The notes beneath the pieces were generated by a model. That model saw nothing but the letters and a program-made list of their open reading frames with translations, was not told the DNA's origin and made no database searches. Position numbers and translations under genes: made by a program. Shown piece by piece: positions 63,120 through 64,000 of a stretch of 64,000 bases of DNA. Origin of the DNA: Alphaproteobacteria bacterium. GTDB lineage: Bacteria > Pseudomonadota > Alphaproteobacteria > Bin95. The first letter of the stretch is position 1, and each line of letters begins with the position of its first letter. The stretch is from NCBI GenBank assembly GCA_964291285.2, contig OZ219786.1, forward strand, positions 928,001 to 992,000, read 5' to 3'.

Positions 63120-64000
63120 TCAGATCGCGCGGGCGGCGCGCATGTCGGCGATTTCGGCTTTCGAATAGCCGAGCTCGGCCAGGATTTCGTCATTGTGCTC
63201 GCCGAGCTCGGGCGTGGCGGTGCGGATCGCGGAGGGGGTGCGCGAGAGCTTCGCGGCCTGGCCTACGATCTCGAAGGTCCCGAGGCGGGGATGGTCCACC
63301 GGCACCGCCATCTCGACATGGCGCACCTGCGGGTCGGCGAACATCTCGTCCATGCGGTAGATCGGCCCGCAGGGCACGCCGGCGGCGTTGAGCGTCTCCA
63401 TCCATTCCGCGGAGGGCTTCTGCCGGGTGATGACGGCAATCTCCTCATGCAGGGCCGCGCGGTTGTCGGAGCGCGCCTTGCCGGTGGCGTAGTCGGGGTT
63501 CTGCAGCCAGCGTTCGGCCCCGAGCGCCGCCGCGAACCGCTTCCAGATAAGGTCCCCGGCCGCGGCGATGTTCACATAGCCGTCCGCGGTCTCGAACACC
63601 CCGGTCGGGATCGAGGTCGGATGGTCGTTGCCGGCCTGCTTCGGCACCTCGCCGTCCTTGAGGTAGCGGGCGGCCTGGAAGTCGAGCATCTGGATCATCG
63701 CCTCCAGCAGCGAGGTCTTCACCCACTGGCCGCGCCCCGATACCTCCCGCTCCAGCAGCGCCACCAGGATGCCCTGGGCGCAGAAGACGCCGGCGCAGAG
63801 GTCCGCCACGGGAATGCCGGCGCGCACCGGACCGCCGCCCCGATGGCCGGTGATCCACATGACCCCGCCCATGCCCTGCGCGATCTGGTCGAAGCCCGGC
63901 CGCGCGGCCGTCGGCCCGTCCTGCCCGAAGCCCGAAATCGAGCCCAGCACGATGCGCGGATTGACCTTCGAGAGCGCCTCGTAACCGATGCCGAGCCGGT
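63120..64000 (-). CDS. CoA transferase family III (CaiB/BaiF), 5' part outside the window
   Basis: GSISGFGQDGP, GFDQIAQGMGG, GRGQ, GNDHP, PELGEH. Confidence 0.92.
   Translation of the reverse strand, partial: RLGIGYEALSKVNPRIVLGSISGFGQDGPTAARPGFDQIAQGMGGVMWITGHRGGGPVRAGIPVADLCAGVFCAQGILVALLEREVSGRGQWVKTSLLEAMIQMLDFQAARYLKDGEVPKQAGNDHPTSIPTGVFETADGYVNIAAAGDLIWKRFAAALGAERWLQNPDYATGKARSDNRAALHEEIAVITRQKPSAEWMETLNAAGVPCGPIYRMDEMFADPQVRHVEMAVPVDHPRLGTFEIVGQAAKLSRTPSAIRTATPELGEHNDEILAELGYSKAEIADMRAARAI

Overview
High-GC alphaproteobacterial chromosome segment, probably Rhodospirillales-like. The assignment is inferred from the tsaD/gpsA/EVE and hemC-hemD-mitofilin-hemY synteny and from GTTC-N7-GTTC type SOS boxes. 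Most of the window is housekeeping and catabolic genes: peptide ABC transporter, recA, dapD-dapE, a LIV-type ABC operon with an embedded acyl-CoA ligase, heme genes, a 2-oxoacid dehydrogenase E1/E2 cluster, amtB-glnK behind a sigma54 promoter, and hydantoinase/oxoprolinase A+B. No rRNA, tRNA or CRISPR was seen. The unusual material lies between these genes. (1) Two diverged, oppositely oriented copies of an unrecognised element at ~44.25-44.80 kb (+) and ~55.47-56.76 kb (-). Each has a promoter-like motif, a conserved ~230-250 nt hairpin-rich leader with a 38-nt identical core, an RBS/ATG, and a terminal array of CATGACA repeats at 10-bp period. The longer copy encodes an orphan terminase-small-subunit-like HTH protein with an acidic tail. 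(2) A Bcp/PrxQ peroxiredoxin missed by the ORF track, with TGA at the catalytic Cys position followed by a SECIS-like hairpin (probable selenoprotein). (3) An IS630-type HTH-only gene behind a perfect LexA box. (4) A soluble kinase-receiver-OmpR wHTH fusion. (5) Several gene-debris patches and REP-like repeats. All family calls come from motif recognition by eye; no database searches were run.
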